A DNA stretch of 64,000 bases from Okamejei kenojei (Eukaryota). Below, in pieces: positions 1-13,014 of this stretch (positions within the stretch are counted from its first letter, which is position 1; every line of letters starts with the position of its first letter). The notes beneath the pieces were generated by a model. The model did not search any database, was not told where the DNA came from, and saw only the letters and a program-made list of their open reading frames with translations. Location of the stretch: NCBI GenBank assembly GCA_035221665.1, contig CM069165.1:19964001-20028000 (forward strand). Reading direction: 5' to 3'. The translations under genes were made by a program, and so were the position numbers.

Positions 1-261
1 CTTGTTATAATGAAGGCTAAGGTGTAGATGTTGAAGTTTTTACTATTAACGGCATCACCTTATTTTACATCACTTTAATGAATTCTGTAATGTTGGTTAA
101 ATATTTCTAAGCATTTTGGTATCCTTTCCTGCTCTTTTTAACAATGTTCTCTATCTCTATTTACCCTCCGATATTTTCATCCTGTGCAGAATTTAACATC
201 TTTCTACCATTGACATTATGATGGTCAATCCATATTTCCAGGGTTTAGTTTATCTCAGAGA

Positions 262-645
262 CTCAAAGTCTGAGACGGATCCTGACCCGAAACATTGCCG
301 ATCCATTCCCTCCACAAATACTGCCTGACCTGCTGAGTTACTGCCGTACAATGTGTTTTGCTTTAGATAATAAATGAAGGTGTGAGGCAGGTTTGTTGAG
401 TTGGAAATGTAAATGTAAATCCAGAGGGAGGAAAGTAGCAGGAGAGGGTGGGGTGGTGGATGGAAGAGGGAAATAGGTGGGAGTCTAGGTGGGACAAAGC
501 GGGGGGCAAGGGAAATGGGGAAAGGGTTGTTGTGAGGGGTTACCTAAAAGTGGAGAATGCAATATTCATATGCTTGGTTGCAAGCTGCACAAATGGAATA
601 TGAGATGTTGTTCCTCCAGTTTGCATGTGGCCTCATTTGGCACAC
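262..645. mobile_element. Decayed Penelope-like element remnants (+ 3' tail at ~262-362, - body at ~363-645)
   Basis: gacccgaaacattgcc...ctgcctgacctgctgagttac tail. The minus strand carries a degenerate match to the PLE C-terminal 'KLEEQHLIF' region. Confidence 0.65.
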
Positions 646-794
646 ATCATCTTGACTGAATGATTTACATTTCCAATTCAGACATTATGGTAAGAAACAA
701 GTTACATTTGTTTCATGATTAAAATGAAAAGGAACCCTTCCATTGCTCTGATTAATCTTGTTTGATTCCAAGATATACAAGCACTAACACCAAC

Positions 795-987
795 CTTCCT
801 TCTGCATTGACTGAGTAAACCTAACCCCACGAGGGTTAACATAGTCCATATCATGTACTTCATGGATTGAAGCAGTGTCAGATATTTCTGTGAGGGAGTC
901 ACGATCTTCTAACACTTCTGGAATAGATTCCACCGATGTGAATTGAGCCTTCTCTTCCTTCGGCAAAAATTCATCTAATCTTCCGCC
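795..987 (-). CDS. GBF1: GBF1 coding exon (exon 11 equivalent)
   Basis: 193 bp, ttttgttttgaag|GGC...G|gttggt. Translates GGRLDEF...SVESIPEVLE...HDMDYVNPRGVRFTQSMQKE, a hallmark GBF1 motif. Confidence 0.94.
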
Positions 988-1601
988 CTTCAAAACAAAA
1001 TTAGCAAGCTTCAATTCAATTAACTTACTTAAACCCAAAGAAACACTGTAATAATAATTTAGAACAATGTTCAAACTTTCTACATATAGAGTCATAGAAA
1101 CATGATCTTCAGCCACGTGGACCATCAAACACCCATGTTTTTATTCTCCTCACATGCATATTAACTCCAAGATCGTACCACTAACTTGCACACTCAGGCA
1201 ATTTACAGTGGTTAATGACTCTACCAATAAGATGATGGGAAACGTTATCTGTCACAATCACACAGGATGTCTTTAATAGCTTTCTTCTCCTTCCACGTAA
1301 CCTGACAGAAGAGATTAAACAAGTTCTGGATTAGGGAGCTGAGGTTTCGAAGGATAGTGAAAAGATTCCTTGTTCAAAGAAGTGGGTAATGTATGCAATG
1401 TTATGACATGAAAATATATTGGCTGAACTGATATGCATTTTGCTTTTACACTCTAAGAAAATTCCAATATTTGCACCATAATAAACTGCTCCAAACAAGA
1501 TTAAAACAATGAAGTACACACCAGAAGGAATCAGAATAATAATTGAACAGGATGTAAAATAATAAAAATTGCTCAAAATTTCTTAATGCAATGGCATTTA
1601 C

Positions 1602-1840
1602 CTGAAACTCTTGCTGAGCAAGCGACTCCATAATTTTCTCTTCTGCTGGTTCACCGGAAGGGGTGCTTGCTGGAGTGAGTTGATCAAGATCAGTGAGGTC
1701 TTCTTTTGATGCTGTCTTTGAAGAAAATTCCACACCACTGTCTGTGGCAGGGCTTAAGATAATTGATGCATTTTCAGAAATAGTCGTTGAACCTGCACTG
1801 CTCACAGGTATCACCGAATGTTCCAGGAAGGATGGCTCAC
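1602..1840 (-). CDS. GBF1: GBF1 coding exon (exon 10 equivalent), linker
   Basis: 239 bp, ctaaag|GT...CAG|gtaaat. Translates (G)EPSFLEHSVIPVSS...SPATDSGVEFSSKTASKEDLTDLDQ...QEFQ. Confidence 0.92.
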
Positions 1841-2376
1841 CTTTAGACCAATAAATATATCAAACATTGAGATGACAAGATTAGTCTTTATTATCTATTT
1901 GTTCTTTCAACTCCCAATATGCAATATTGTCTTAATGTTTAAATTATGGATATGGGCTACTTTTCATTCATATATGTTAAGGTACCATTCAATACAGGTT
2001 TTCAATTTCTTATCGCTATTTTCCGGGTTACTCGAGTGTTGTTACTGCTGCATTACCAGACAATTCCAAAACAAGATCCAGCCTCCTCAACAAACATATA
2101 ACCCATTATAGGTTGAACTTATGCACAAATTAATCAAACATTTATAAATGAATTTTTGCCTGCATTTTCACCCCTGCATATAAATTTAGTGTTCTTTCAA
2201 ACTCACTTGATGCTATATCTCAAAGCTAATGTTCTTGCAGAATAGTAGTGCTGAAGAAAAATTATCTCTTTTTTTGAAAGGCTAATATTTTTAAACTTAA
2301 ATTCGCTGAGCCTTTCCCCAGAAAAATTGTTTGCAAGATTTTCTTTCTCAGGAACAATGAGCCAAACAAAACATAC

Positions 2377-2554
2377 CTGGGTGATTGTTCAAGAGTTGAG
2401 GTACGGAACCGATTGAACCATGCAAGACCTGGCCAGGAACTGACTGCTGATCGGACGAAAGTGCAAGTTTGTTGGCGTGACGAGAAGGTCGTGGTGATTT
2501 CTTCTGCTTTTTCCACTTGGATGAGTCACTCATTCCCCCAGCCCTCATTTTAAG
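2377..2554 (-). CDS. GBF1: GBF1 coding exon (exon 9 equivalent), linker
   Basis: 178 bp, ttgcag|CTT...G|gtatg. Translates LKMRAGGMSDSSKWKKQKKSPRPSRH...NNHP. Confidence 0.96.
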
Positions 2555-4296
2555 CTGCAAGTTGAATGTGAACATATTCTAATGCAAGGTCTTCTTTAAA
2601 ATACTCAGATTAAAATCCAGAGAATTATATTTCTGTTTGCAAACTTCCCTGTTCAGTTTATCACTTCGAGTGATGCTCACCGCATAAAATGAAAAACAAA
2701 ATGGCCACTTATTTATTCATACTAAACCAATATTAAGGAATTAAATTTACCCCATGCCGAAACAACAATTAATAACAATGATGAGGTACAAAACTGACAT
2801 GGAAGTGATCAAAAGGTTATGTTCATTTTTAAATGCTTTGATGTGGTTCTGAAAACTAAATTCTCTGTCTGCTGCTAATTATGAAGGAAATTCCTGCAAC
2901 AGATTTTCACTCGTTAATATTTTTAACACATTAAATGTATGCCCGGACATTCTTGTTTGCAATCTGAAGGTGAAATATTATTTATCCAGTAGGGCTTATT
3001 CACATCATCATTAAGAGCATTCCAAAGCCAACAATGGAATCTTGGCTAGGTTAATTAGTTCTGGATAAACGCTAAGCATACATGGGGGGAAAAAAGCAGG
3101 GCACTACAGACAGAAATAACACAACTTAGGCTAGTGCACCAATTCATTTTGATCCAAAGCAAAACTGAAAGTAAACAGTCATTTAACTGATCACCCCCAC
3201 CACCTCCCTCGCAAAATCTTTACCAAGCTGCACAGGTCAGATCCTGGTTAGAGGATAAAAATTACGAAAAATTAACGACCAAAGTTACAAATATCTTTCT
3301 TTGCTGCACGTCGCTGCAGTAGTAAATCACAATGCAGATGGAGGAATGATAGGAAAAGATTTCTGAAAGATCCATCAATAATGGTGCTATGCAGGGATGC
3401 CACCAAATACAGCAGAAGTGAAATTATCAGGAATACCCCATATTCTTTAAATTAGCTGTTTGGTAAAATTATGGAAATAAAAGGCATTCAAGATAGAAAT
3501 GAGGATTTCAGTAATATTTCAGTAATATTGATGTACACAAACACGTAAACTGATCCTCTTTGCAAATACATAAAAATCAAATTTGATATCGACAATGGAA
3601 GACCAGTTAAATTACAACAGCAAAGGATCATAATGCTTATAATATGTTCAACAAATGCACAATGGAAGAACCAAACTTATATTTTGAATAGTTCACAATA
3701 TACTGAAGGTCTGATTTGTTGGCATAGTATGGTATAGTAGCTGTGAACAAACCAAACTCCATCTACATACTGTTGCTTGTCAGAAATTCTAATAAGAAAC
3801 ATCAGATTTCAAGTTGCCAAATCTACTAGTGTATAGAAAGGGAGGTATCATACAATCAGTTCACAGTGCAACCAACAATCATTTCAAGTGACCAGCATCT
3901 GTTGCTCAAGGACCCACTATGTGCATATTAGGTAACTCCAATCATTACATATATTGATAATTACAACTGACACCCTGAAAAAATAGTTTTCTTAATAGGG
4001 AAATGGCACAAGAGCTCGTTAATTTGATGGAAAATATGTATTCTACCTCTCCCCAATAATTAATTTTTGAATTTATGGGAGAAAACAACAGGACATTTTC
4101 ACCTATGTGTTTGAATTACTTTTTTTTTAAATTCTAAATAAAATTGTTTTTTAAATTATTTCATTACAAGATTGTAAATGTTATTTGATGAAATTACAGA
4201 TAGCCAGGATCCCAACTCCCCTACTAGTGTGAACAGCATTCAGACTTTGGGACCTTCCTTCCACTGACAAAGCTTGCATCAGTCTAATATCCTTAC

Positions 4297-4332
4297 CTGC
4301 ACTCGTTTGTTTTTCCACATGATAGTGTAAGC
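4297..4332 (-). CDS. GBF1: Candidate alternatively spliced 36-nt GBF1 cassette exon (AYTIMWKNKRVQ)
   Basis: ttttttccccctgag|GCT...CAG|gtaagg. Phase 0/0, no stop codon, fits between ...MKK and LKMRAGG.... The acceptor is GAG rather than YAG. Confidence 0.65.
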
Positions 4333-4983
4333 CTCAGGGGGAAAAAATGTTGCCAGTAAATAGTAAATTAAAAAGTTGTAAAATTATTGTGATAAGGGAT
4401 TGAAAAAAATCTCAATTAAACTTTCAACTACTTCTTAATTATTTCACATTTGAACGCATACAAAACTACGGATCCTCTTTATAAATATAGCCATGTATGA
4501 ATTTTAAGACACAAATTCATGCCTTAGGATGTCCATCTAAACCATTTGTAGGAGGAACTTCAAAACATGACCATCACCTCATGCAGTGCTTGATGCGAAC
4601 CATGCAACATAATCAAATACTTTAGAATGAGGACACTTAGATAACTTCAGAGTCTACAGATTTATTTGGATTTACTAATTACCTGCATTCCAACAAGCCA
4701 AACATCAAAATGTTTTAAATGGGCATGTTTTGGTTATGGTATTTTGCCAAAAAAAGTATTTGCATTTCCGCATATCCATTTCTTGCACTGCTTGACAGCC
4801 ATGTATTCAACCTTCACAGGGAGAAGCTCGCTCATTACTCCTGATTACTAGCCACCTTACACATACGCCAAACTTCTTAAACGTTTTCAGCATGCACACA
4901 CTTCCATTTTAAAAAAATCCCACTTTATTTTGTATTTATCGATAGGAAAGATGATTTATTCAAAGGCAGGTATTCCGTACAAC

Positions 4984-5175
4984 AGCAAAACAAAGTGCTG
5001 GAGGAACTCAGCTGGTCAGGCAACGTCTATGAAGGGAAATGGACAGGCAATGTTTCAGGTTTGGACCCTTCCAGACGCCTGTCCATTTCCCTTCACAAAT
5101 GTTGCCCGACCCACTGAGTTCCTCGAGCACTTAGAGTTTTGCTCAAGGTTCCCACATCTGCAGTTCCTGTGTTTC
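4984..5175. mobile_element. PLE-derived inverted-repeat (hairpin) element with a degenerate hammerhead core at the apex
   Basis: Arms 4984-5048 and 5077-5143 are imperfect reverse complements. The spacer on the - strand reads gtctggaagggtccaaacctgaaacatt. Confidence 0.75.
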
Positions 5176-6555
5176 TTTTGTGTCACAATTTTGTGAAGGA
5201 CTCAGAACATAATAATGATGCACGTGCCCCTTTGGTTAAAGTATACCTCCATGATCTTCGTATTAAAAACTTTTTTTTAAAGATTAAACAAACCTGACAA
5301 CATTGGGATGGAAACCAGCGAAGTCAATTGTATGAGAGATAGGTAAATCTACTGGCAGCAGGTTAATATGCTCAGATAATTAACACCACAGTGAAAGAAG
5401 ATTTAAGATGTCCAGTCAACATCAGCCTGAACTTGACAATATTGTTCTTGACTCTGACTAGTGGCCTTTGTTGGAGGTATTGAATTAATGTCCTAAATCA
5501 TGGATCTATCTCTCCGAAAACAAATAAAAGGTACATGTGTGCATTTGAGAAATTGTGTAAAACAAACACAGTGAGGCAGTGAGGACAAAAGAAACAGTGT
5601 TTTTCAAAATAGTTTAAAGATTTCTGTGAACTGCATTTATTTCTTGCTTACTTAGTCAATGTCTTTAAATATAACAAAAGTGTCCAGAAGCACAAAGTTC
5701 CAACATCAAATATATAATTTGAAAATAAATGCAGCTGAACTTTCAGGGGCAGGCAGCAATGGAATTTAAAATGCAAAAGGTCGACTTCAAAGGCTCCCAA
5801 GATGTCTCACAATGCTCTGCTAATGCAAACCAAATCAGTCAGTTTAGCAGGAACAGACTAAGCCAAAGTAGATGAACGGTTGCCCATATTCCTTCCATAC
5901 TTCACTTAACATATTCCCAATCTTAAAACAACTCAAACCTTAAATACAGAATTGTCAGCAACTTAAAACTGTCATCTCACTTTCCCATTCTATGTGGGAT
6001 CACTGACCCAAAACTTTGATTAGGTTTCTCCCTCCATAGATGATGCCTGGCCTGCTGAATGTTTCTACAGAGTTCGGTTTTTGTTTCAGATTTTCAGCAT
6101 CTGCAGTTGTTTTAATATTTCGAGAACAATAAAGGAGATTGATCTTCTGTGTAGCACTTACACCAGTACTCGGACAGACTTTCTCAAAAGTGCAGAAAGT
6201 AAGTAAACTACTGGATGCCCAAATAAATTGTTAAGACAGTGCAAATGACAGTTTACCCATTTATAAAAGGGGCGTTTTCCATATATTGGGAAAATTCCAA
6301 AAGAACACTCAAGCCTCAATTTCCTGTCAAATAATGATTTAGTGTCATTGCAAACTTTTAAATGTTTTTATTTAAAATTCTGAACTCTTTGAGAAACATT
6401 AATTAAGCGTTGCCAGGCGCAAAGCAGTCAAAACAAGATCATAATGCATACAAGCAAAGAAAACACACAAAAACAGGATGAAGTAAATTAAACACACAGC
6501 CCTATTTAAGCTAAAAGCCACCATGGAATCAACGGAAAATAAAATATCAGTCTAC

Positions 6556-6610
6556 CTTCTTCATACTGGTTCCCACAAAACTTTTGGCTTCTTCTTTAAA
6601 TTGAGGTAAC
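6556..6610 (-). CDS. GBF1: GBF1 coding exon (exon 8 equivalent)
   Basis: 55 bp, ctgcag|G...AAG|gtaga. Translates (R)LPQFKEEAKSFVGTSMKK. Confidence 0.96.
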
Positions 6611-8632
6611 CTGCAGAACATTAACAAATGATAGAAAGTATAAAAGTAAAATCCACAGAATAGTTTCAGCAATAAGAGGCATAGATAAGTGAACGGTCAC
6701 AACCTTTTTCCAGAGTAGAGGCTAGAAATAGAGGAATTTGGCCGAATGCAGGCAAATGGGATTAGCATCGATTGCATTTTGTCAGCATGGACGAGTTGAG
6801 CCACAGAGCCTGCTTTTCGTGCCGCACAAGTCTAGTAATACATAGACTTATGAAAACACACAAGATAAATTACTTAGCAATATATACACCAATGTTAAAA
6901 ACCACATGAAGTAGATTATTAGGCAAACAGAGCAGGTGCTAGATCATGCAATCCATGCATTACTGCTCAAGTTTCATATTCCTTTAAGGAGTAAAGCTGA
7001 GGGACTGAGTGTCTTTGTAATAAAGTGCAGCTGCCTTAAAATGAACCATGCAATATCGGAAAAATAAAGCAGAGTTTTGGACAGACAAAATATACAATAT
7101 TAAATTGTATATTAAAACCAATTTAAGATTACAAAAGAGAGAATGGACAAAACTCTCTGGGCAAACTAAAGATACCAGTTTCTTCTCACAATTCATTGAA
7201 TATCTGACGATAATCAGACTTTTTAAAGTAATAGTTTATCTTTTAAATGCTGCGCGCCTACTGTCATTCCCCACTGCTTTCTAAGATTTCTGTCCAAACA
7301 GCAGACATGACTCCACTTCTTCTAGTAATTTATAGACATTTGAAACCATATCTGTTCACCTGAACAGAAATCTTATTGACAGTGTGCATGCAACATTTTA
7401 AGAGAAAGAATACTATATATATATTTTTTTTAAGTACACAAAAAAATGACACAGGAACAAATATATTACAGGACTACAGCTGCATGCTAAAGAGGCATAT
7501 CATGCCTGTAAAACCTTTTTTTTTCCCTGTGGCCGCAAAAGGAAGATAGATACTCCTTCACTGGGACAGAGAAAAAACACAAAGGGGGCCAATGTATAGC
7601 AGAGACTGTGGATAAGCATTTACAATGGACAACATTTGAAATGCAGATCAATTTTTTGATCTTCAATATCAAAAGTATTACTTGCATTGGACACAAAATA
7701 ATAGTGTCACTGGAAAAAAACAGCAACTAATTTGTGTGGAATGAAACATATATAGAGAGCTGGGTGGATCAGCTGGGCAGTAGCTACATCAAATGACCCT
7801 GCCAGCATAGTGCAGGCAATTCCAAATCCACTTGGTCACGAACTTGCTAAGTCGCTCTCCAGATGGTCATCTTGGTGTGCAAAGGGTACAATGCAACAGT
7901 ATCACATTCTGCCACAATTAACATAGAAACTTAAATATGAGACTCAGAATGAGTTGCAGAAGGAGCTGCAGATGAGATACTGGCTTACCCCCAGCTGATC
8001 CCAAGAATGAGGGTTAAGTTGCCCGGTTTATTGTGCTTTGAATAGATTAGGCAGCTGCTTTGAACTGACAAAATACCTGTGGATATCCAGTCCATTAAAG
8101 TCAGCTTACATTGTTCATACATATATAAACCACTGTGTCAGAGGACAAAATTGACCCAATGCTAGTATATACAGCCTAATGGCTGGCTCAGTAATCTGGG
8201 AAGCAGAGGAGCTACGTGTCAGTTCAACTAGTGTAAAGCCAGAGAGAATGGAAGGAGGAAATGTGAAGCTGTGAAATTCTGTGATAGAAGGCTAGGATGA
8301 TAAAACTGTTACTGAACAAAAACTCGGATTCAAACAAACCAAATAATATGTTCAAAAGGCAACCGCACAGATCTTCAAAGCATTTCACACCACCATAAAC
8401 AAGAAAAAAATAACTCAATTCCAAATAATTATAGCTTGACAATACGACTGTTCAATTGAAAATTTAAGAGACCATTTTAGATCAATAGAAGTTTTATATT
8501 TGCACTGATGAAATCTAAACAATAATAATGAAACAAGTCCACTTTTTTGATATTAAGGTATCAACACACAAAATAGTTGCCCTTGGCTAGCCCCAAAGGA
8601 GAACTATGACAGGTTAATCTCAGTATTTCTAC

Positions 8633-8693
8633 CTTGAGAACAGCAGCTGCACCATGTCTACCAGTGTGTGTTCAGCAGATTTCCTCAATAACT
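8633..8693 (-). CDS. GBF1: GBF1 coding exon (exon 7 equivalent)
   Basis: 61 bp, ctgcag|AG...AG|gtaga. Translates (E)LLRKSAEHTLVDMVQLLFS(R). Confidence 0.96.
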
Positions 8694-10542
8694 CTGCAGA
8701 GAGAAAAAACAAATAGCACAGGTGTCATTATGCATTGTGATATTATCAAGAGGCTCCAACAAGTAGACCTCCCTCCTAGTTTTGTTTACTAAGGATTAAG
8801 CAGAGCTTATTAAACCATTTTAAATTAAACTCAATGCATTTGTCAGACACAAACAGAAGGAAGATGGCACTGCAGCACTGTCAGTCCTTGCGAGCAGCTG
8901 TCTGTTTATCCCTTTACAGCACAAGATACCCTTTTACGGCTTTTAATATAAGGCACTTTTCTGAACACACGTCCATTACTTATATAGTACTAACAGACAC
9001 AGATAAAGTCAAATCTTGATGAAATACAAAGCCATTTCTAATCTCGAATTTCTAAGACGTTAAAGTGAAGAAATGTTCTATCACAGAGGGTTAAATCTTC
9101 TACAGGCAGCTAGAATGGAAAACCTGGATCGTCATGATGCTGCAAAGGTCCTTTAATGGCCTGTGTGGAACGCAACCAAACACTACACACCACCAACCAG
9201 CAATGCACCTTTTATACAAAATATTTCTTACGCCAACCACATTGCAGGTTAGTTAAATATCATGAAACAAATATTCCTAACATGCGGCACTATGAATTTG
9301 TTCCACTTGAGCTTAGTAATTTACCAGCGGCACACTCACTCAACTTAAACTTAGTTATTTATATTTCCAAACACTATGCCTTTTATGAACCTAGTGGGAT
9401 AAAAGTGCATACATTAAATCCAGCTGCAATAAAATCTACTTTGCAACTGATTTTGCAAGAACTCCAAGAATTTAACATGGTTCCTCAAAAAAACAGCAAA
9501 CAGCTAAACTGAGCAAATGAACTGCATAAAAAGTGGTGACACCAAAGGCTAGACCTTTATAAAGCACAAATGGGATGGGCAAAGGATGAAGAGTTACCAT
9601 GGGAAAACACAAAATGTCCTGCCAGAATTCCAACGTAGCTTTAAGAATTCAGTCTGAGCAGTTAAGTGGGAACAAGTAGTTTGAGAGTCATTTAAGGGGG
9701 TAGATTGTCTGACCTGCAGTAACTAGTACTCCCCTCCCCTATCACCACCACCCTTCATGTGTGAAGGCAACATTGAATCTACCATCGAGTCAGCCTACAA
9801 ACCTGGAAGGAATTTCAACGGGACTGAATGGGACATTTCTTGCTGGTGCAGTCACAACTAGAAGTTGAGTGCTGGTGTGTTAGGTTGTATGATCCAGCCC
9901 ATGAAATAAGTCTATCTGCCATTCAGTTGCAGATTTAGTATTTTTCCAATTAAGAAAAACAAACTACTTACTCGGATTAGTTTAATGTTGCTACTGTAAT
10001 GTTGCAAACTACCTGCTCTGATCAGTCTAACTGTTAATTAAATAGCGTTTTGTCCCAGTTTTATGCTTAGATTCTTTCAATTCAGTAAAACTACCAGCAA
10101 GAACAACTGATCACTCTCGTCTTTCCCACAAAATAATTATTGATTGTGGAATGTCCTTGCAGCTTCAATCAAAGACTGCAATAAAGTTCCATGTGTAATA
10201 CTTAACATATGTTTCTCCTCTAATTCATGATTGAGACTGGTTTTATTCAAATAATTGTATCTGGATTTTATCACAAACTGTATGGTAAGAGTGAAGGACA
10301 CAGCATATCATCAGTACCTATCTATATAAAAATCATTACAATTGTTTGGCACTATATACTCTTAAACTGTGGGCTACTTATGGTGATGGACCCGGTTTGG
10401 TGCCGCATAGATATACAAATCGAACATTTTTTAAAGGGGTGGATCTTCCAGTGAATTCAATCTGCACAGCTAAGGAGGGAATAGGAAGCAAGCCACCAGG
10501 TATCAGATCAACATAAAAAGTGATTCAGTTGTTAACCCACTG

Positions 10543-10820
10543 TGGATGGTATAGTCAAGCATCGGTAGAGCTGCTGCCTTACAGTGCCAGGGACCCGGGT
10601 TTGATTCTGACTGCGGGTGTTATCTGGATGGAGTTTGCACGTCCTCCCTGTGACCGTGTGGGTTTCCTCCGGGTGCTCCGGTTTGTAGATTAATTGGCCT
10701 CTGTAAATTGTCCCTAGTGTGTGGGATAGAACTAGTGTAGGGGATGATCGCTGGTCGGCGTGTACTCAGTGGATCGAAGGGCCTGTGTCCACTGTACATC
10801 TAGACTAAAAACGAAACTAA
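10543..10820 (+). mobile_element. tRNA-derived V-domain SINE (HE1-like)
   Basis: A/B-box-like head (ggtagagctgctgcc...cccgggtttgattc), V-domain ggagtttgcacgtcctccctgtgaccgtgtgggtttcctccggg, CR1-type tail gaagggcctg...actaaa. Confidence 0.85.
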
Positions 10821-10985
10821 AGAGAACACCAGAAGAAATGGGGAAGGTTCGCAAAGTGTATGGATTCACATCCCGGGTCTTCATGCAGTCACACCTCACT
10901 CATCAACAAGACAGAGCACACTCCAAGTTGAGAGCAGGCTTTAAGATTGAAATTAGACTCCTGGGTTTTCTCTATTGGAAGCTTT

Positions 10986-11252
10986 TGCCCCTGTCCCACT
11001 TAGGAAACCTGAACGGAAACCTCTAGAGACTTTGCGCCCCACCCAAGGTCTCCGTGCGGTTCCCTGAGGTTTGTGTCAGTCTCCCTAATGGTCAAAAGTG
11101 GTTTCCGGTAATTTTTTAGTCAAAGCCGGTTGCGATGCTAGTTGAAGGTGGTTGCCAGAGGACATAAGCCTCTGGGAATCGCACAGAAACCTTGGGTGAG
11201 ACGCAAAGTCTCCAGAGTTATCCGTTCATGTTTCCTAAGTGGGACAGGGGCA
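10986..11252. mobile_element. MITE with ~85-bp TIRs (PIF/Harbinger-like)
   Basis: TGCCCCTGTCCCACTTAGGAAAC... / ...GTTTCCTAAGTGGGACAGGGGCA. Flanks are ttt/tta; no coding capacity. Confidence 0.85.
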
Positions 11253-11572
11253 TTACATCAATCCAATGGGCCAAATAGTCTCCTTCCATACTATATCACA
11301 AAACACCATTCTCAAACACCTCAATAACACTTGACAGGCTTTTTAAATATTTTTAAGTGTCACTGATAGGGACATTCATAAACTATGTATATAGATACAA
11401 ATTATTTAAAAAAAATCAAAAGTCGATTAAAAATAAATCAATCTGTGTGGGATAAACTGCATGTGTGATCTGGTAAAGTTGCCAATTAATTACTTAATTT
11501 AGTCATCATAAAACAAGAATACAAAAGTTAAAAAGATAATAGGGAAACAGGCACACAGCCAAGAAAACTCAC

Positions 11573-11681
11573 CACTGAGCCTCATTTCGAAGCATATTCG
11601 AAAACATGACTGCATAATTTCACAAACAGATTCATTAGTCAGGTGAGCACCAACAGGAGTAAGGAGTAAGGTTCTCAAGAC
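11573..11681 (-). CDS. GBF1: GBF1 coding exon (exon 6 equivalent)
   Basis: 109 bp, tttttag|GTC...G|gtgag. Translates [36 protein letters not shown]. Confidence 0.97.
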
Positions 11682-11907
11682 CTAAAAATGATAAAGCAAA
11701 ATGTTCATGTTTCAATCCATGTAGCCAATCAATGCAAAACTTTTTCAGAAATAAACAAATGTTTAATTCAAGAATTATGCATGCTTTATCCTACACTGTA
11801 TTAAAATAGATCAATCGGAATCCTTTGTTAATTTTAAAAACCTGTGATAGCTCATCAACAAGCCAATTTTAAAAGTGAAGATCAATATACAATGTATTTT
11901 CAATTGA

Positions 11908-12559
11908 CCCTTTGAGCCATTCAATATGATCATGGCTGATCATCCAAAATCAGTACCTTGTTCCTGCTTTTTCCCCATATCCCTCGATTCCTTTAGCCCT
12001 AAGAGCTAAATCTAACTCTCTTGAAAACATCCAGTGAATTGTCGTCCACTGCCTTCTGTGGCAGAATATTCCACAGATTCACAACTCTCTGGGTGAAATA
12101 GCTTTTCCTCATCTCAGTCCGAAATGGCTTACCCCTTATTCTTAAACTGTGACCCCTGGTTCTGGTCTCCCCCAACATCGGGAACATTTTTCCTGCATCT
12201 AGCCTGTCCAATCCTTTAAGAATTTTATATGTTTCTCTAAGATCCCGTCTTATCCTTCCAAATTCCAGTGGATACAAGCCCAGTCGACCCATTCTTTCAT
12301 CATATGTCAGTCCCGACATCCCGGCAATTAACCTGGTGAACCTATGCTGCACTCCCTCAATAGCAACAATGTCCTTCCTCAAATTAGGAGACCAAAATAG
12401 CACACAATACTCCAGGTGCGGTCTCACCAAGGCCCTGTACAACTGCAGTCGGCCCTCCTTGCTCCTAAACTCAAATCCTCTCGCAATGAAGACCAACATG
12501 CTATTAGCTTTCTTCACTGTCTGCTGTATCTGTATGCTTACTTTCAGTGACTGATGTAC
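11908..12559 (-). mobile_element. CR1 LINE 3' end (ORF2 C-terminus and 3'UTR)
   Basis: ORF 11999-12517: LYRALVRPHLEYCVLFWSP...TRGHSLRI...FTQRVVNLWN. Confidence 0.93.
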
Positions 12560-13014
12560 TCTTGTCTGCCTCTATTGCCACTTGCAGGGTACCTCTACCT
12601 CAAGGTCTCTTCACTCTGTGTTTTTGGAAGCTGAAAGAGATGCTCATTTTGTATTCACTTTTGTGTTCATGTGGCTACCCTTTTAACTAATGTTCCAAGC
12701 AAAAGATGTAGAATCCGTTTTGTTGTGAGTAAGAGATAGTTAGGAATATGAAGTCACCGATGTAAATCATATATCGGTACCCTAACAGTATTTACAGTGA
12801 AGGATGAATTTTTTAAAAATGGAGAGTTGACAAATGTAACCTTTAGGACAAATTTGTCGATATTTGCTACAGCTACAACAATAATACTGTGAGGAACCAA
12901 CCAGAATCAGACGATTTGATATCTATTATTGTGTAGTCAGACAGGATTAATTTATCTTTAGCAGAAAATCTCCTCGGAATGAGGAATGATGTTGAGTTTC
13001 AAATTCAGTTTATG

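Noticed and set aside
988-1128. N-terminal extension of ORF 784-1128, and similar extensions of ORFs 1446-1814 and 2348-2575
   Set aside because: Intronic read-through beyond clear splice sites.
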